Source of the DNA: a virus
IMG/VR virus record: IMGVR_UViG_3300025127_007327
Span: 33,460 to 97,459 of that record
Reading direction: 5' to 3' (one strand)
DNA length: 64,000 nt
Part shown: in pieces, positions 8,728 to 20,174 of the stretch
Layout: each line of letters starts with the position of its first letter
How positions within the stretch are numbered: position 1 is the stretch's first letter
Made by a program: the position numbers and the translations under genes
Notes under the pieces: model-generated
Databases searched by the model: none
The model's input: only the letters and a program-made list of their open reading frames with translations
Told to the model about the DNA's origin: nothing

Positions 8728-11700
8728 ATGTCAGAATCAAAATATTTAAAATTTCAAGATATCGACAACGACGGACTTATTGACGTTTGTGACGATGATT
8801 TAACAACACCAGAACTCCCTTGTAAGGGACCATGTGTACCTGATCCAAATTCATTTATTCCTGATTGGAAAAGTCAGAATATTAATAAACCTTTTTTAAA
8901 CACAAAAATATGTCATTATCAAGTTACAAAAGTTACATCATATAACGAAACTGCTCCCCGAAGCATTATTAATAGCGGAGATGAGGCGGCTGTTGAGCAA
9001 TCATTAGAAGAAAAATTTGAAGAGTTTGTAGATGAAGCAATTAGCAGTTTATTAGATTTTAATGGTAAGGTAAACAACAGAAAATCTAGAGAACATGTAC
9101 GCTCTGGTATAGAATTTAAAAAATTCGACTTAGCAGCAAGACCCGGTTCATTTTTAAAACTTCTGTATTCAGTGCCGTTTGATTTTATTTATTATCTTGC
9201 TGATGCTGAGTTAGAAGCCACCGAAGAAGAAGGTGAGGACGAAAACGGACCCGGCTGGGAAAATATAATGTTTAACGCTGAACATTTATCATCAAACATG
9301 ATTCGTGTTAGAAAAGCATTACGCTTATATTCTGACATGCTTAAAGTATCTGCTCAAATTGGTGAAGGCAATGCCTATGTATTTGATTCTAATAACAATC
9401 CATTAAGAATTTTCAGTCTTGAGGGTTACGGAGACAGGGCTTTTGTTGACTTTGGATCTTCTGGTATTCTACTAGAGATGATCAATGATCTAAAAACTTT
9501 TCTTATTTCAAAGGGTAAATCATTACCAGATGTTGGAGTTGGAGGAAATCCATTCGCGGGTGCTTTCAGAGAGCGAATTACTAAAATAAAGTTTGGTTTC
9601 AAAAATAAAGAACTCAGAGTAATCCGAGTTTGGACAGTTGAGTGTGGCAACAAACCTTCGTTATATAATAAAAAGAGTGGGTCTATAAAACTTTTACTTC
9701 TTTCAAGTGCATGGAATGATAAAACAGCAATTAATTACTTTTTAAATCTTAAAAAAATGTCTGATGCGCTTGAAGCTAGAGTGCAGATTCCTATTAAAGA
9801 TTTTGTTGAAACTTTTACATATGTGCCTGATGGTGTTGTAAAAATTAAATTTGTTCCAAATTATGAATTAACAAATAGTGCATGTCTCTTAAAAACTTTA
9901 TCTGACGGAGCATCAGAATTTGGTCAAGATTTGCTAGACGATGTGTTTGGCTTAGGTGAGCTAATACAATATATTTATCATGAAAGCTTATGTAGAAATA
10001 CGAACGAGGAAGTTTTAAAAGATAAAGAAAAACTTGGTGTTGGAACCGCAACCGCACCTCCTGATCCTAAAGGTAAAGGTATTAAACCTGACATGGGTGC
10101 GCTTAGTAAAGAAACTCAAATGATTATCGCTAGTAAGCTTGCCGCTTTACAAAAACAAAAGCAATTTGATGCAGATGATGATGCAATTGTTAGAGGATGT
10201 TTGGCAATTACAAACTCAGCAAGAAAATCATTCACATCGGCAGCAGGTGGGCTTTTAGGTGCCGATCTTCCTTTTACAGACATAACCTCAGCAGCCGGCG
10301 GCGCAGCAACATTGCCCGGAACAGAAGGATTATGGAAAGAATTTCTTCAAAGTTTAAAAATATGCGGACTTTTAGATTTAATTGTCGATTCTGTTGGCTG
10401 TTTATTTCAGGGATTATCATTAGATGATGCTCTGCCCGTTATAGTCAGAAATGCACTTAACGCATTAGGAATTGAAAGAATGGGTGACTTATTTGTTGGT
10501 TTGCCACCAGATAAGCAAGTACAGCTAGAGGCGTTAGTTAAGAAAAAGTTAGAGGATAGAGGAGAAATATATCCCGGTAAACCTTGGGAAAATAAAGCGT
10601 ATTTAGATGCAGCAGCTAGCATTCAAGATACTTCATCTTCAAAACCATATGATGCCAATAAACCACCAACACCAAAGGAAGTTGATGAAGAAATTAACAA
10701 AGCACAAGGTGGCACAATATTACCTGAATTAGCTTCGACATCATCTAATAAGGCAAATTCAGATAGCGTAATGTCAGTTTATATTGAAGCTTTAATTGAA
10801 GTTTATAGTGACAATTTAATTGAGATAGTTAATGAACTTAATAAATTTCCCGGTGCTCAGCTTATAAAACATGTACTAGCCTCAGTTACATGCCCAAGAC
10901 CTCCTTTATTTAATCCGGGTTTTGGTGATTTTATAAAAAGTTTAGATTTAGATTTTTGTAGAAAAGTTGATGAAATCGTATTACCAGATGGTCCTAGTGG
11001 TGTTATAAGTGAGTTAAAACTTATGTGGGGTGATTTAAAATTTGCTTTGGTTAACACAGCATCAATAATTCTTGGATTATTAATTGTTATACTTGTAGAA
11101 AGAATTTTCAGCAAGCTTTGCTCTTTAGCTTCAAGTGCAGTGTGTGCGGCTTTAGAAACAACAGGTGAGTTATTGGCTGCATTACCGGGAGCAATCGCTG
11201 GTAAAACTTCTCTAAGCGATGTTTTTAGAGAGGCAATCTGTGGACCTGATGCAAGTGACGAACAAGTTGATGCAGCAATTATAGATTTAATGGCGATTGT
11301 TGGATTAGGACCAACTGCTTTTGCAAATCCTGATAGAACAAAGGCTTTCGCCAATGATTTATCAATTTCACTAAGCAGAAAAGAATTTGGTGATTTACTT
11401 TTGGGAGAAGCTTCAGAAGAAGCATTAGAAATTGCAGAACAATTAATTGAGTTTGTTTATCCTGAATTTGGAGATGCTCTTACAAATAAAAATGCAATTG
11501 GTAGATTTTTCAAAGCTATCGGAAACTTTCTACCATTAGATTACCGAGAAATTTTAAATGAAGCTTCTAACAATTCTGCTGGAGAATTTGGAACCGCGAA
11601 CATTCCAGCAAATCCGTCAATTTGTGCATCGCCACAGCAGATAATAGATTTTAAAAATTTAAGAGCAGAAATTCTCAGTGGTAGAGTTTCTGAAGCACAA

Positions 11701-14700
11701 GCAGAAAAATTATATTGTGATTTAAGGGATGACACTTTGCAAGATTTAGAAGATCTCGCAGAACTTGGCGAAGACCCAGAGGAATATTTCAGAAAAAATC
11801 TTCCACCACTTACGGGTGAGCCGGGTTGTAGTGATGGCTTATTCCCATTTGAAACACCTGAGATGGCTCTTGTTAATAAAGGTTTAGTGGTTTCAAGCCT
11901 AAGAGCTTTAGAAAAAGAATATATTCAAGATATGTTTGGCACCGGTTTTACTTTTATGGGCTCTGGGGACAAAAACTTTGGATTTTTGAATATGATTTTG
12001 TGCGATACACAGGGTAATCCTTTATCAAATCATCATCGAAAAGCATATAATCGAGCACGATATGTTAATTTTGCAACTAATCTTCCTAATGGCGGTGAGG
12101 CAAAAACTGGTATTTTAGCAATATTTCAAAGAGATAAAGACTTCGGCCGCCAAAGAGGTCAATATCCATACTACGTTGGAGAATGGTTAAGAAGACAATA
12201 TCTAAACGCCGCTGAAGTTGATGGAATATTGACACCCGGTTTCGCTGAAATTAGTGACGGAGGTAAGGATCTTCAAAAGCATCTTGTATTTTCCTCAACC
12301 AATATGGCAATCGGTTCAAAAAAATATAAAGTAGACGCTGAAGAAATGGGATACGACAATCTTTTCGGCAAGCAAGGTAGAAGCACTTTTACATTACCTA
12401 GTTTTGGCTACAACACTGAAATTGGTGATTTTAGTAGAGAACTTAATGCACTGGGCTCCGTTGTTGCTGCGCCTGTGTCGGTCGTTACTTCTGCTGTTAC
12501 ATTCGGACTTGCTGATTCTCCAGTAGAAAGAACTATAGAAATTATAAGATTGCCAAGAAAAGGTGACCCAGATAATAAAAGAGCAGTGGGACCAAATGTA
12601 GCTCGAAATACCAACGGTGCAGATATCGTACTAAGTTTTAAAGATAATGCCATGGGAACTAGAAGAAGAATTGTAGGCATACCTATACAAAATTACGATG
12701 CTTTTGGTAGACTGGTTGAATACGAGGGCAACGAATGGGCTTACGGTTTTGAAGTTCAATGTTATTATTCTGACATTGAAACAGTTCCCAATACTCCACC
12801 AGACGAAGAAAGATTTAGAAATAGACCTGATGACAATATGCGCGTGCAAATTGTAGAAAAGTTAAATTTAGGATCTGATAGAAAATATGCTAGCCCAATT
12901 GCAAAAGATTTTTTTAGTGATGAAGTAGTACCAACCCCTGCTTTTGATTTACCTAATTGGATTGAAGATATTCCAATTGTTGGGTGGGTAACAGAAAAAA
13001 CTATTCAATTGATAATGTATCCTTTTACATGGATTACTAAACAAGCCATTTCGGCTATAAAGTGGGCAACATCAGAAAAAATATATCGCTCTAGAGGTAT
13101 GGAGTTTTTATCAATAGATGACACTTTAGACGTTTTTGCACCAGATCCCAGAGAATCTAATACAGATTCTAATAAAGTTAAATCACTTGACATTAATGAT
13201 TATTCACAATATCTAACAACAACGCAATATCATAGACCATTACCCCCACAAGTATACTTATTAGCTGATATGTTGGGAGAAACAGCTAGTGCTGAAATTA
13301 AAGTTCGATACGACAGTATAATGACGCAAGCGTACAAAGATTTTTGTAAAATTATTGGAGAAAATCAAAATGGATGGTTGTATGGTGCAAATTATGATTT
13401 CCTTACCCAAGACGATTTAGACTATGGATTTGATGATGATGGAACATTCGTGTCATATGATGATTTTCTTATTCCAGATGGTGACGGCGGAATGCGCGAA
13501 CTTGAAGATGAAGATATGCGTTTAGGTATTAGTTTTAATGAGTTCAGATTAGGAAAAGAAAACGCTAGAGTTTTATATTTAGATCCTACAGTTTTTGGAG
13601 GTTCTTACAGTAGTCCGGCTCTTTATATAAAACCTAAAAGGTTTGATGGTTGGTGGGGATTTGTTCAAGCATTCTTTCCAGACGAAACAGGCTGTAAGCC
13701 ATCTAACAAAAACATGATTGACTTTGATGAGCTTGAAAAATTTGTTAGTGATAACTACGCTAATTTTCCAGATGATGAAAGACTATACGATGATTTTGAG
13801 TGTGTAAGGCAAGTACCATTTGATAGAATATTGCCACGAACTGCTAAAATGTCCGTATTTGTTTTAATTCTAGCTGCTGTCAGAATTTATGTTAGCACTC
13901 ATGTCATGAAGACTATTGGCACATTTTCAGCAATCAAGCCAGATTTTACTAAAAACTTTAGTTCTGCTTACTCTGGTTACATAGTGGAAACTATGGAACA
14001 AGACTTTAAAGATGCACAAGGACCATTTTGGGAAGCTTTTAATACTTTTAAAGACGAGGAATTTTGGTATGGCTTTTTAGAACAGTCAGTTGAGGCTTAT
14101 AACTTCTTAGTTGAATCTGGGGCATTACCTATGCCTAAGCCGGGTGGTTATATTCAAGATGCCATTGACGAAATTAACACTTTACAAAAACGTTTTGCAT
14201 TTGCTTATCGTCCAGATACAACTCATACATATATAAATGACGTTGGTAATGAAACAGAACAAAGGGTACCCGGACTCTGGAGATCAAAATTGACAGGAGA
14301 TGCCGGCTTTTTTGAAACTCTTAAAGGTTATAGAGAGCGTAAAAATTTCGAGGGTGTCAAAGAAGTGGAAAGTTCTGCAAAAATTATTTTACAACAAATT
14401 GTTAATTTTGAATTAGCCAAAATGAGCGAGAAACTTGTTAATAACATGTATAATGTCGGATTTAATCCGCAAATTCATAATATGGATTATTGGATATTAA
14501 AAAATAAATGTGCCGGCTCTAGTTTAGACTATGCTAGTTCTAAAGTTGTTGAAACATCTGTTCAGGTGCCTACTAGATTAAATCCTGATCCGCTGGGAAT
14601 TGGTGCTACTTTCCCCGGACCTTATTTTACTAATGGCGGGCAGTTTAGGGTAGCAATTAACAATGATGATGATGAATTTAAATATGCTGATGAATATATT

Positions 14701-16011
14701 GGATATTATCACATTCATATCGATGACGATGGCGACGAAATTTATATGGCAGGCTCTGTACACAAGGAGGGCGAACCTCATGATGTAATTGTTCCAGTTG
14801 CTGATGTTGTCAAGCTTCAAACTGAAAGAATTAATGTAACAAAAGGTAGTACTGGTGATGATTACGAATCAATTAATGTTGATAGAGAGATGGTTGATAT
14901 AGGAGATGTTGCAGATTATGGGACCGCTGAATCTACCACTATTAATCAACCGTTCAAAATCGAAAAATATACATCTATCAACGGTACAAAATATAGTAAT
15001 TCAAATGCTGAAAGTCTTATGCGCTCTCAACCAAATCAAAATCTTAGAATTTCAGATGTTTTTCCGGGTACACTTAAGTTAATTGAAACTCCCGAAAGTT
15101 TAGGTTCTCCATCGCGAGTTGTTGGAATTGAAGGTAACATTGGTGTTCGACACGGCTTGATTTTTTATTATGATAATAAAGTTATTACCACTGTAGAAGT
15201 TGATGCATTAGATTTTAAAATAAGTCAATTTCAAACTGTGCAAGCGAACAGTAAGTTATTACATTGCTTAGTACAAAATTTGTTAAATGATCCAAAATAT
15301 AAATTATTGACAAGTTATATTTTCTCATTCAAGAAAGTAACATCTACATTAGCGATTTATAACGATTTAGCGTTTTTAGCATCTGTCGGAGAAGTTACAA
15401 CTGGGAAGGGAGATTATAATAGAAGAGTAAATGCTAACAAAAGTGGTAACTCATTTATCCCATGGAATAATCCTTTAAGTATTAATGATCCCGATGATTG
15501 GGGAGATAACGCAAAACATGTAAATGTTAAAGCCAAACCGGGCTCTCGCGCTTATATTTCAACAGAAACCACAACAGAATCTTTTCCAATTACTGACTCC
15601 CAAAAAGAGGCTTTAGGTCTTCCTGACTTTTTTGATGATGATATAGAACTTGAAAGAGAAGTTTTTATTCCACAAGAATCATTTGTAACTGGAAACGAAG
15701 GTTGGACACACGCTAAAGATAGACCTAATTTTACACCATTTACACTGCACTGGGACGAGTGGGATAGAGTTTTACTTAGAAACTCTAAGGGAATGATTAA
15801 AAGAATGTTTAAAAAGCTATACTACTCCTCTACCTCAAAACCGGGTGAGGGCGATGATTTTAACTCAGCTAAAATGACATTAAAAAACCTTAAAACAAGG
15901 CTTTTCCCAACTCCCGGTGCTGGTCTCCTACCATGGTATAAGAGAAGAAAATTACGAGATAACCCTATGGATGCTAACGGAAATATGTGTGATGGACCAG
16001 ATCTTGGTTAA
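8728..16011 (+). CDS. 2427-aa virion protein of the baseplate/tail module
   Basis: Long uninterrupted ORF directly upstream of the gp25-like gene. It has an N-terminal DxDxDGxxDxCD motif and internal hydrophobic helices. Confidence 0.6.
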   Translation: MSESKYLKFQDIDNDGLIDVCDDDLTTPELPCKGPCVPDPNSFIPDWKSQNINKPFLNTKICHYQVTKVTSYNETAPRSIINSGDEAAVEQSLEEKFEEFVDEAISSLLDFNGKVNNRKSREHVRSGIEFKKFDLAARPGSFLKLLYSVPFDFIYYLADAELEATEEEGEDENGPGWENIMFNAEHLSSNMIRVRKALRLYSDMLKVSAQIGEGNAYVFDSNNNPLRIFSLEGYGDRAFVDFGSSGILLEMINDLKTFLISKGKSLPDVGVGGNPFAGAFRERITKIKFGFKNKELRVIRVWTVECGNKPSLYNKKSGSIKLLLLSSAWNDKTAINYFLNLKKMSDALEARVQIPIKDFVETFTYVPDGVVKIKFVPNYELTNSACLLKTLSDGASEFGQDLLDDVFGLGELIQYIYHESLCRNTNEEVLKDKEKLGVGTATAPPDPKGKGIKPDMGALSKETQMIIASKLAALQKQKQFDADDDAIVRGCLAITNSARKSFTSAAGGLLGADLPFTDITSAAGGAATLPGTEGLWKEFLQSLKICGLLDLIVDSVGCLFQGLSLDDALPVIVRNALNALGIERMGDLFVGLPPDKQVQLEALVKKKLEDRGEIYPGKPWENKAYLDAAASIQDTSSSKPYDANKPPTPKEVDEEINKAQGGTILPELASTSSNKANSDSVMSVYIEALIEVYSDNLIEIVNELNKFPGAQLIKHVLASVTCPRPPLFNPGFGDFIKSLDLDFCRKVDEIVLPDGPSGVISELKLMWGDLKFALVNTASIILGLLIVILVERIFSKLCSLASSAVCAALETTGELLAALPGAIAGKTSLSDVFREAICGPDASDEQVDAAIIDLMAIVGLGPTAFANPDRTKAFANDLSISLSRKEFGDLLLGEASEEALEIAEQLIEFVYPEFGDALTNKNAIGRFFKAIGNFLPLDYREILNEASNNSAGEFGTANIPANPSICASPQQIIDFKNLRAEILSGRVSEAQAEKLYCDLRDDTLQDLEDLAELGEDPEEYFRKNLPPLTGEPGCSDGLFPFETPEMALVNKGLVVSSLRALEKEYIQDMFGTGFTFMGSGDKNFGFLNMILCDTQGNPLSNHHRKAYNRARYVNFATNLPNGGEAKTGILAIFQRDKDFGRQRGQYPYYVGEWLRRQYLNAAEVDGILTPGFAEISDGGKDLQKHLVFSSTNMAIGSKKYKVDAEEMGYDNLFGKQGRSTFTLPSFGYNTEIGDFSRELNALGSVVAAPVSVVTSAVTFGLADSPVERTIEIIRLPRKGDPDNKRAVGPNVARNTNGADIVLSFKDNAMGTRRRIVGIPIQNYDAFGRLVEYEGNEWAYGFEVQCYYSDIETVPNTPPDEERFRNRPDDNMRVQIVEKLNLGSDRKYASPIAKDFFSDEVVPTPAFDLPNWIEDIPIVGWVTEKTIQLIMYPFTWITKQAISAIKWATSEKIYRSRGMEFLSIDDTLDVFAPDPRESNTDSNKVKSLDINDYSQYLTTTQYHRPLPPQVYLLADMLGETASAEIKVRYDSIMTQAYKDFCKIIGENQNGWLYGANYDFLTQDDLDYGFDDDGTFVSYDDFLIPDGDGGMRELEDEDMRLGISFNEFRLGKENARVLYLDPTVFGGSYSSPALYIKPKRFDGWWGFVQAFFPDETGCKPSNKNMIDFDELEKFVSDNYANFPDDERLYDDFECVRQVPFDRILPRTAKMSVFVLILAAVRIYVSTHVMKTIGTFSAIKPDFTKNFSSAYSGYIVETMEQDFKDAQGPFWEAFNTFKDEEFWYGFLEQSVEAYNFLVESGALPMPKPGGYIQDAIDEINTLQKRFAFAYRPDTTHTYINDVGNETEQRVPGLWRSKLTGDAGFFETLKGYRERKNFEGVKEVESSAKIILQQIVNFELAKMSEKLVNNMYNVGFNPQIHNMDYWILKNKCAGSSLDYASSKVVETSVQVPTRLNPDPLGIGATFPGPYFTNGGQFRVAINNDDDEFKYADEYIGYYHIHIDDDGDEIYMAGSVHKEGEPHDVIVPVADVVKLQTERINVTKGSTGDDYESINVDREMVDIGDVADYGTAESTTINQPFKIEKYTSINGTKYSNSNAESLMRSQPNQNLRISDVFPGTLKLIETPESLGSPSRVVGIEGNIGVRHGLIFYYDNKVITTVEVDALDFKISQFQTVQANSKLLHCLVQNLLNDPKYKLLTSYIFSFKKVTSTLAIYNDLAFLASVGEVTTGKGDYNRRVNANKSGNSFIPWNNPLSINDPDDWGDNAKHVNVKAKPGSRAYISTETTTESFPITDSQKEALGLPDFFDDDIELEREVFIPQESFVTGNEGWTHAKDRPNFTPFTLHWDEWDRVLLRNSKGMIKRMFKKLYYSSTSKPGEGDDFNSAKMTLKNLKTRLFPTPGAGLLPWYKRRKLRDNPMDANGNMCDGPDLG

Positions 16012-16047
16012 TAATAAAATTATTACGTACATATTTACTAAAAGATT

Positions 16048-16416
16048 ATGTCTAGTTTAAACGTTAAATTGCCAATTACCAGAAACGATGTTGATGGTTT
16101 CACAATGATCAAAGATTTAAAATCACTCTTAAATCAAAATTTAAAAATGATTATTTTAACCAATCCCGGTGAAAGAGTTATGGATCCAAACTTTGGAGTT
16201 GGAATTAATGCATATTTATTTGAAAATTTTAATAACTCGATTTACACCGATATCCGAAATAGAATTTTAGAACAAGTATCAGTATATTTACCTGTTATCA
16301 CAATTGATTCAATTACTTTTGATGGAAGCAACGAAGAACAAAATCTTTTAGGTATTTCAATTTCATATTCAATACCTAGCATTGGTGTAAAAGATTTATT
16401 AGAATTCACTATTTAA
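16048..16416 (+). CDS. Baseplate wedge subunit, T4 gp25/GPW-like
   Basis: LKMIILTNPGERVMDPNFGVGI signature; 122 aa. Confidence 0.93.
   Translation: MSSLNVKLPITRNDVDGFTMIKDLKSLLNQNLKMIILTNPGERVMDPNFGVGINAYLFENFNNSIYTDIRNRILEQVSVYLPVITIDSITFDGSNEEQNLLGISISYSIPSIGVKDLLEFTI
16408..16415 (+). promoter_or_regulatory. Candidate late promoter ACTATTTA
   Basis: Lies just upstream of the gp6-like gene; the same motif recurs before many structural genes. Confidence 0.5.
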
Positions 16417-16431
16417 TGAAGAGGGATATAA

Positions 16432-18225
16432 ATGAGCGATAATCAAAAGAAAATAATTCCAATTAATTATACAAATCGAGACTTTACATCAATAAAGAAA
16501 GATTTATTAGATATCGCTGAAAGACTTTACCCGGATTCATTTCAAGATTTTAGTGATGCAGCTTTTTCATCACTCATGTTAGATGCAGTAGCGTATGTTG
16601 GTGATCAACTTTCATTTTACTTAGACTACAATGTTAATGAATCATTTTTAGATACATCATATCAATATAACAATATTCTTAGACATGGTAAAAGTTTAGG
16701 ATTCAAATTTACCGGCCGACCTTCAACCTATGGAAAAGCAGCCATTTACATTAGATTACCCGCAACAGGAGTTGGACTTGGAATTAATAGAAATTACGCG
16801 CCGATTCTTAAAGCTGGGACACAATTTAAAAGTTCCACGGGCTTAAATTTTACATTGGTAGATAATATAGACTTTTCAGACAACAGATTACCCGTTGTGC
16901 CCGTTGCAACTAATGCTAATGGGTCACCTACCTTCTACGGTGTTAAAGCTTACGGAACCGTTGTTTCTGGTCTTTTATTAACTGAAACAGTAAATGTTGG
17001 AAATTTTCAAAAATTCGCTAGAATTTCACTAAGTTCACAAAATGTGTCTGAAATTATTTCGGTTTTTGATAGTGACGGTAACGAATATTTTGAAGTGGAT
17101 TATTTAGCACAAGATATTGTTTATCGAGAAATTTCTAACACTAATTTTAAAAATGATAATGTGCCTTCAATTATAAAGCCGCACTTAGTTACTAGAAAGT
17201 TTACAGTAGAAACAAACAACAATAATACTATTTTACAATTTGGTAGTGGTAAAGCATCGGACACCAACATTGTAGCGGACCCTCAATCAGTTGCCATAAA
17301 TGTTCACGGAAAAACATATACTACCAGTAGGTCATTTGACCCAACGAGGCTTAGTCAAAATGAGTCACTTGGTATTGTACCAGAAAATACTACGTTAACA
17401 GTCACATTAAGAGCAACTAATCCCGGTAGTTCTAACCTTTCTGTAGGTCAATTAAATCAAGCAACGAACGTATTGTTAGATTTTACTGATAGAACTGTTT
17501 TGTCTGATTCAGTTATAGACGGTATTAGAACATCAGTTGAAGTTAATAATGAGCAACCAATTACCGGTGATGTTTCAAATGCTACATCAGACGAAATTAA
17601 ACAAAGAATATTTGATACTTTTCCAACTCAGAATAGAGCAGTTACACAGGCTGATTATGAAAATTTAGCATATCGCATGCATTCTAAGTTTGGCTCTGTT
17701 AAAAGAGTATCAGTGCAAAGAGATCCCGATTCTCAAAAAAGAAATTTGAACATGTACGTCATTTCTGAGGATAGTTTTGGAAAATTACAAAAAACAAACT
17801 CAACAATTAAAAGAAATTTAAAAATTTGGTTAAATGAGTATAGAATGATTAATGATACTATTGATATTCTTGACCCTTATATTTTGAATTTTGGTATTGA
17901 ATTTAGTATTAAAACAACTCCGGGTGCAGATAAAAGAACAACTATTTCTAGATGTGTTGCAGCACTTGCTCAAAAATTTAACAACAATTACTATATTGGT
18001 GAATCAATTGTGATATCTGATATTTATTCTACACTTAATGCTACAACAGGCGTCCAAGATGTGATCAAAGCTAGAGTTGTCAATAAAACAGGAACAAGTT
18101 ATTCCAGTTCAACAATTGATATTAACAGTAATTTATCTCCTGATGGAAACCAACTTATGATTCCTAAAAACGCAATCGTAGAATTTAAGTTTCCAGAGAC
18201 AGACTTTGTGGGAAAGGCTAAATAA
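16432..18225 (+). CDS. Baseplate wedge subunit, T4 gp6/baseplate-J-like
   Basis: NYTNRDFTSIK...AYVGDQLSFYLD...ESFLDT and QNRAVTQADYE motifs; follows gp25. Confidence 0.9.
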   Translation: MSDNQKKIIPINYTNRDFTSIKKDLLDIAERLYPDSFQDFSDAAFSSLMLDAVAYVGDQLSFYLDYNVNESFLDTSYQYNNILRHGKSLGFKFTGRPSTYGKAAIYIRLPATGVGLGINRNYAPILKAGTQFKSSTGLNFTLVDNIDFSDNRLPVVPVATNANGSPTFYGVKAYGTVVSGLLLTETVNVGNFQKFARISLSSQNVSEIISVFDSDGNEYFEVDYLAQDIVYREISNTNFKNDNVPSIIKPHLVTRKFTVETNNNNTILQFGSGKASDTNIVADPQSVAINVHGKTYTTSRSFDPTRLSQNESLGIVPENTTLTVTLRATNPGSSNLSVGQLNQATNVLLDFTDRTVLSDSVIDGIRTSVEVNNEQPITGDVSNATSDEIKQRIFDTFPTQNRAVTQADYENLAYRMHSKFGSVKRVSVQRDPDSQKRNLNMYVISEDSFGKLQKTNSTIKRNLKIWLNEYRMINDTIDILDPYILNFGIEFSIKTTPGADKRTTISRCVAALAQKFNNNYYIGESIVISDIYSTLNATTGVQDVIKARVVNKTGTSYSSSTIDINSNLSPDGNQLMIPKNAIVEFKFPETDFVGKAK

Positions 18226-20174
18226 TGATTAAAAATTATACCGCATCTGCAGATAATACAATTGTAAGTGCGTTTAAAGTAAATTTACAAACTCGTGGTA
18301 CTGGCTCTAATACTGGTCAAGCTGACGTTTTAGAGGTTTTTTCGATTTACGGTCGCCAAACCACTTCGTCACAAGAGCTTGCAAGAACACTGATACAATT
18401 TCCAATTGATCAAATTTCTAATGATCGAACCGCTGGTAGAATCCCTGCAAGTGGTAGCGTTAATTTTGTTTTAAATCTTTATAATGCAGAAACATCGAAA
18501 ACTGTTCCAAGAAATATGATCTTAGTTGTTAATCCTCTTTACAATAGTTGGCAGGAAGGAACTGGTCTTGATCTCGAAGGGTATAGAGACGAAACCAAGG
18601 GCGCTGAAGGCAGTAACTGGATGGTTAGAGCCAATACTCCCGGTGTTGCTGAAAAAACAAAATTCACTTTTACATCAGATACAAAAACAGAATACGGTGC
18701 TGGCTCTGGAGCTAACTATATAAAGCTCTATAACGGCACCACAAGATATAATATTTGGTTTAACGATGGCTCTGGCGACACCGCACCGGTTGCAGATGGG
18801 ACAGAAGTTCAAGTAAGTCTTGCTGCTGGTTCTGATGATACTGCTGCTGAGTTTGCAGAAAAATTTAAGGTTGCTGTAGATGGTCTCTCTGATTTCAGTG
18901 CGACTCGCGACGGTGCTGCTGTTACGGTGACAGCTACTGCTCTTGGTCCAACGTTAAATGCTGAAAAAGTGGGCACTATAAGCCCTATAACAATTGAGGT
19001 TACTCAAAATGGCACAAAAGAAACTCCATGGCACTCAGTCTCTGGCGGTGGCGATTTCTTATCTAGTTCCACCACGCCGGCAATATATGCAGACTATCAT
19101 TACACACAGCTTTTTGAGTCTGGTTTGGAAGATTTGGAAATTGATATTACCGCTTTGGTAGAAAGATGGATTGAAGGCGCCGGTGGTGGTGGTGATGCAG
19201 GTGGCATTGCCAACTATGGAATGGGAATTAAGTTAACTTCTAGTCAAGAAGCTTTCGGGGTTGCCCAATTGGTTCATGCTTCATCAGATAAACCAACACA
19301 AAACATACGTGATGGCGCCACAACATCTTTTTATACGAAAAGATTTTTCTCTCGCGGGACGCAATATTTCTTTAAGAGACCTTTAATTCAAGCAAAATGG
19401 GACTCAAGGCGTTTTGATCATAGGGGTCAATTCTTTATTAGTAGCTCACTGGCTAAATCTGAAAACATTAATGATTTATATTTTTACAACTATGTTAGAG
19501 GAAGATTAAGAAGTATTAATTCCAGTGATTCAGTAACAGTTTCTATTTACTCTAGCTCGGCTGGAGAGCCAGCCGGTGCAACTTTAAAAATTAAAAACAT
19601 TAATAATAATCTACAGTATGCAGTCTCTGCTAATGAAGTTTCCACTGGTGTCTATAAAGCTAGATTACAAGTTACTAGCTCGCTCACAAACTTACATGAT
19701 GTTTGGAGTTTAGGTAGCCAGCAAATATTTACCGGCTCAATTACATCGGTTCCTATGGGAAGCACAACACATCCAAGAGAGCCTGTTTACTTTACTAATA
19801 TTACTAATTTACAAAATTCTTATGCGCCTACACAAACAGCAAGATTTAATTTATATGTTAGAGAAAAAAACTGGAACCCAACAATTTTTACAAAAGCAAG
19901 AGCAAGTGCCCCTACTTTATCAATTGCAACAGCATCTTATCGTGTTATTAGAACGTTTGATGATTTAGAAGTAGTGGGACACGACACAGGCTCTGGCTTG
20001 CTTTCCACAGGTCTTTCTTTCGATGTATCAGGCAACTATTTTGACTTTGATATGAGATTATTGCAGCCCGGTTATGAATATGCGTTTAAGTTAGCTTTTT
20101 ATGATGATGAATTAAATTCATGGCAAGAACAAAAAAGAGAATTTAAATTCAGAGTAAGTGATTATGAGTATTAA
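18225..20174 (+). CDS. Baseplate/tail structural protein with an inserted beta-rich module
   Basis: Translationally coupled to the gp6-like gene; Ser/Thr/Gly-rich; DITALVERW motif. Confidence 0.6.
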   Translation: MIKNYTASADNTIVSAFKVNLQTRGTGSNTGQADVLEVFSIYGRQTTSSQELARTLIQFPIDQISNDRTAGRIPASGSVNFVLNLYNAETSKTVPRNMILVVNPLYNSWQEGTGLDLEGYRDETKGAEGSNWMVRANTPGVAEKTKFTFTSDTKTEYGAGSGANYIKLYNGTTRYNIWFNDGSGDTAPVADGTEVQVSLAAGSDDTAAEFAEKFKVAVDGLSDFSATRDGAAVTVTATALGPTLNAEKVGTISPITIEVTQNGTKETPWHSVSGGGDFLSSSTTPAIYADYHYTQLFESGLEDLEIDITALVERWIEGAGGGGDAGGIANYGMGIKLTSSQEAFGVAQLVHASSDKPTQNIRDGATTSFYTKRFFSRGTQYFFKRPLIQAKWDSRRFDHRGQFFISSSLAKSENINDLYFYNYVRGRLRSINSSDSVTVSIYSSSAGEPAGATLKIKNINNNLQYAVSANEVSTGVYKARLQVTSSLTNLHDVWSLGSQQIFTGSITSVPMGSTTHPREPVYFTNITNLQNSYAPTQTARFNLYVREKNWNPTIFTKARASAPTLSIATASYRVIRTFDDLEVVGHDTGSGLLSTGLSFDVSGNYFDFDMRLLQPGYEYAFKLAFYDDELNSWQEQKREFKFRVSDYEY

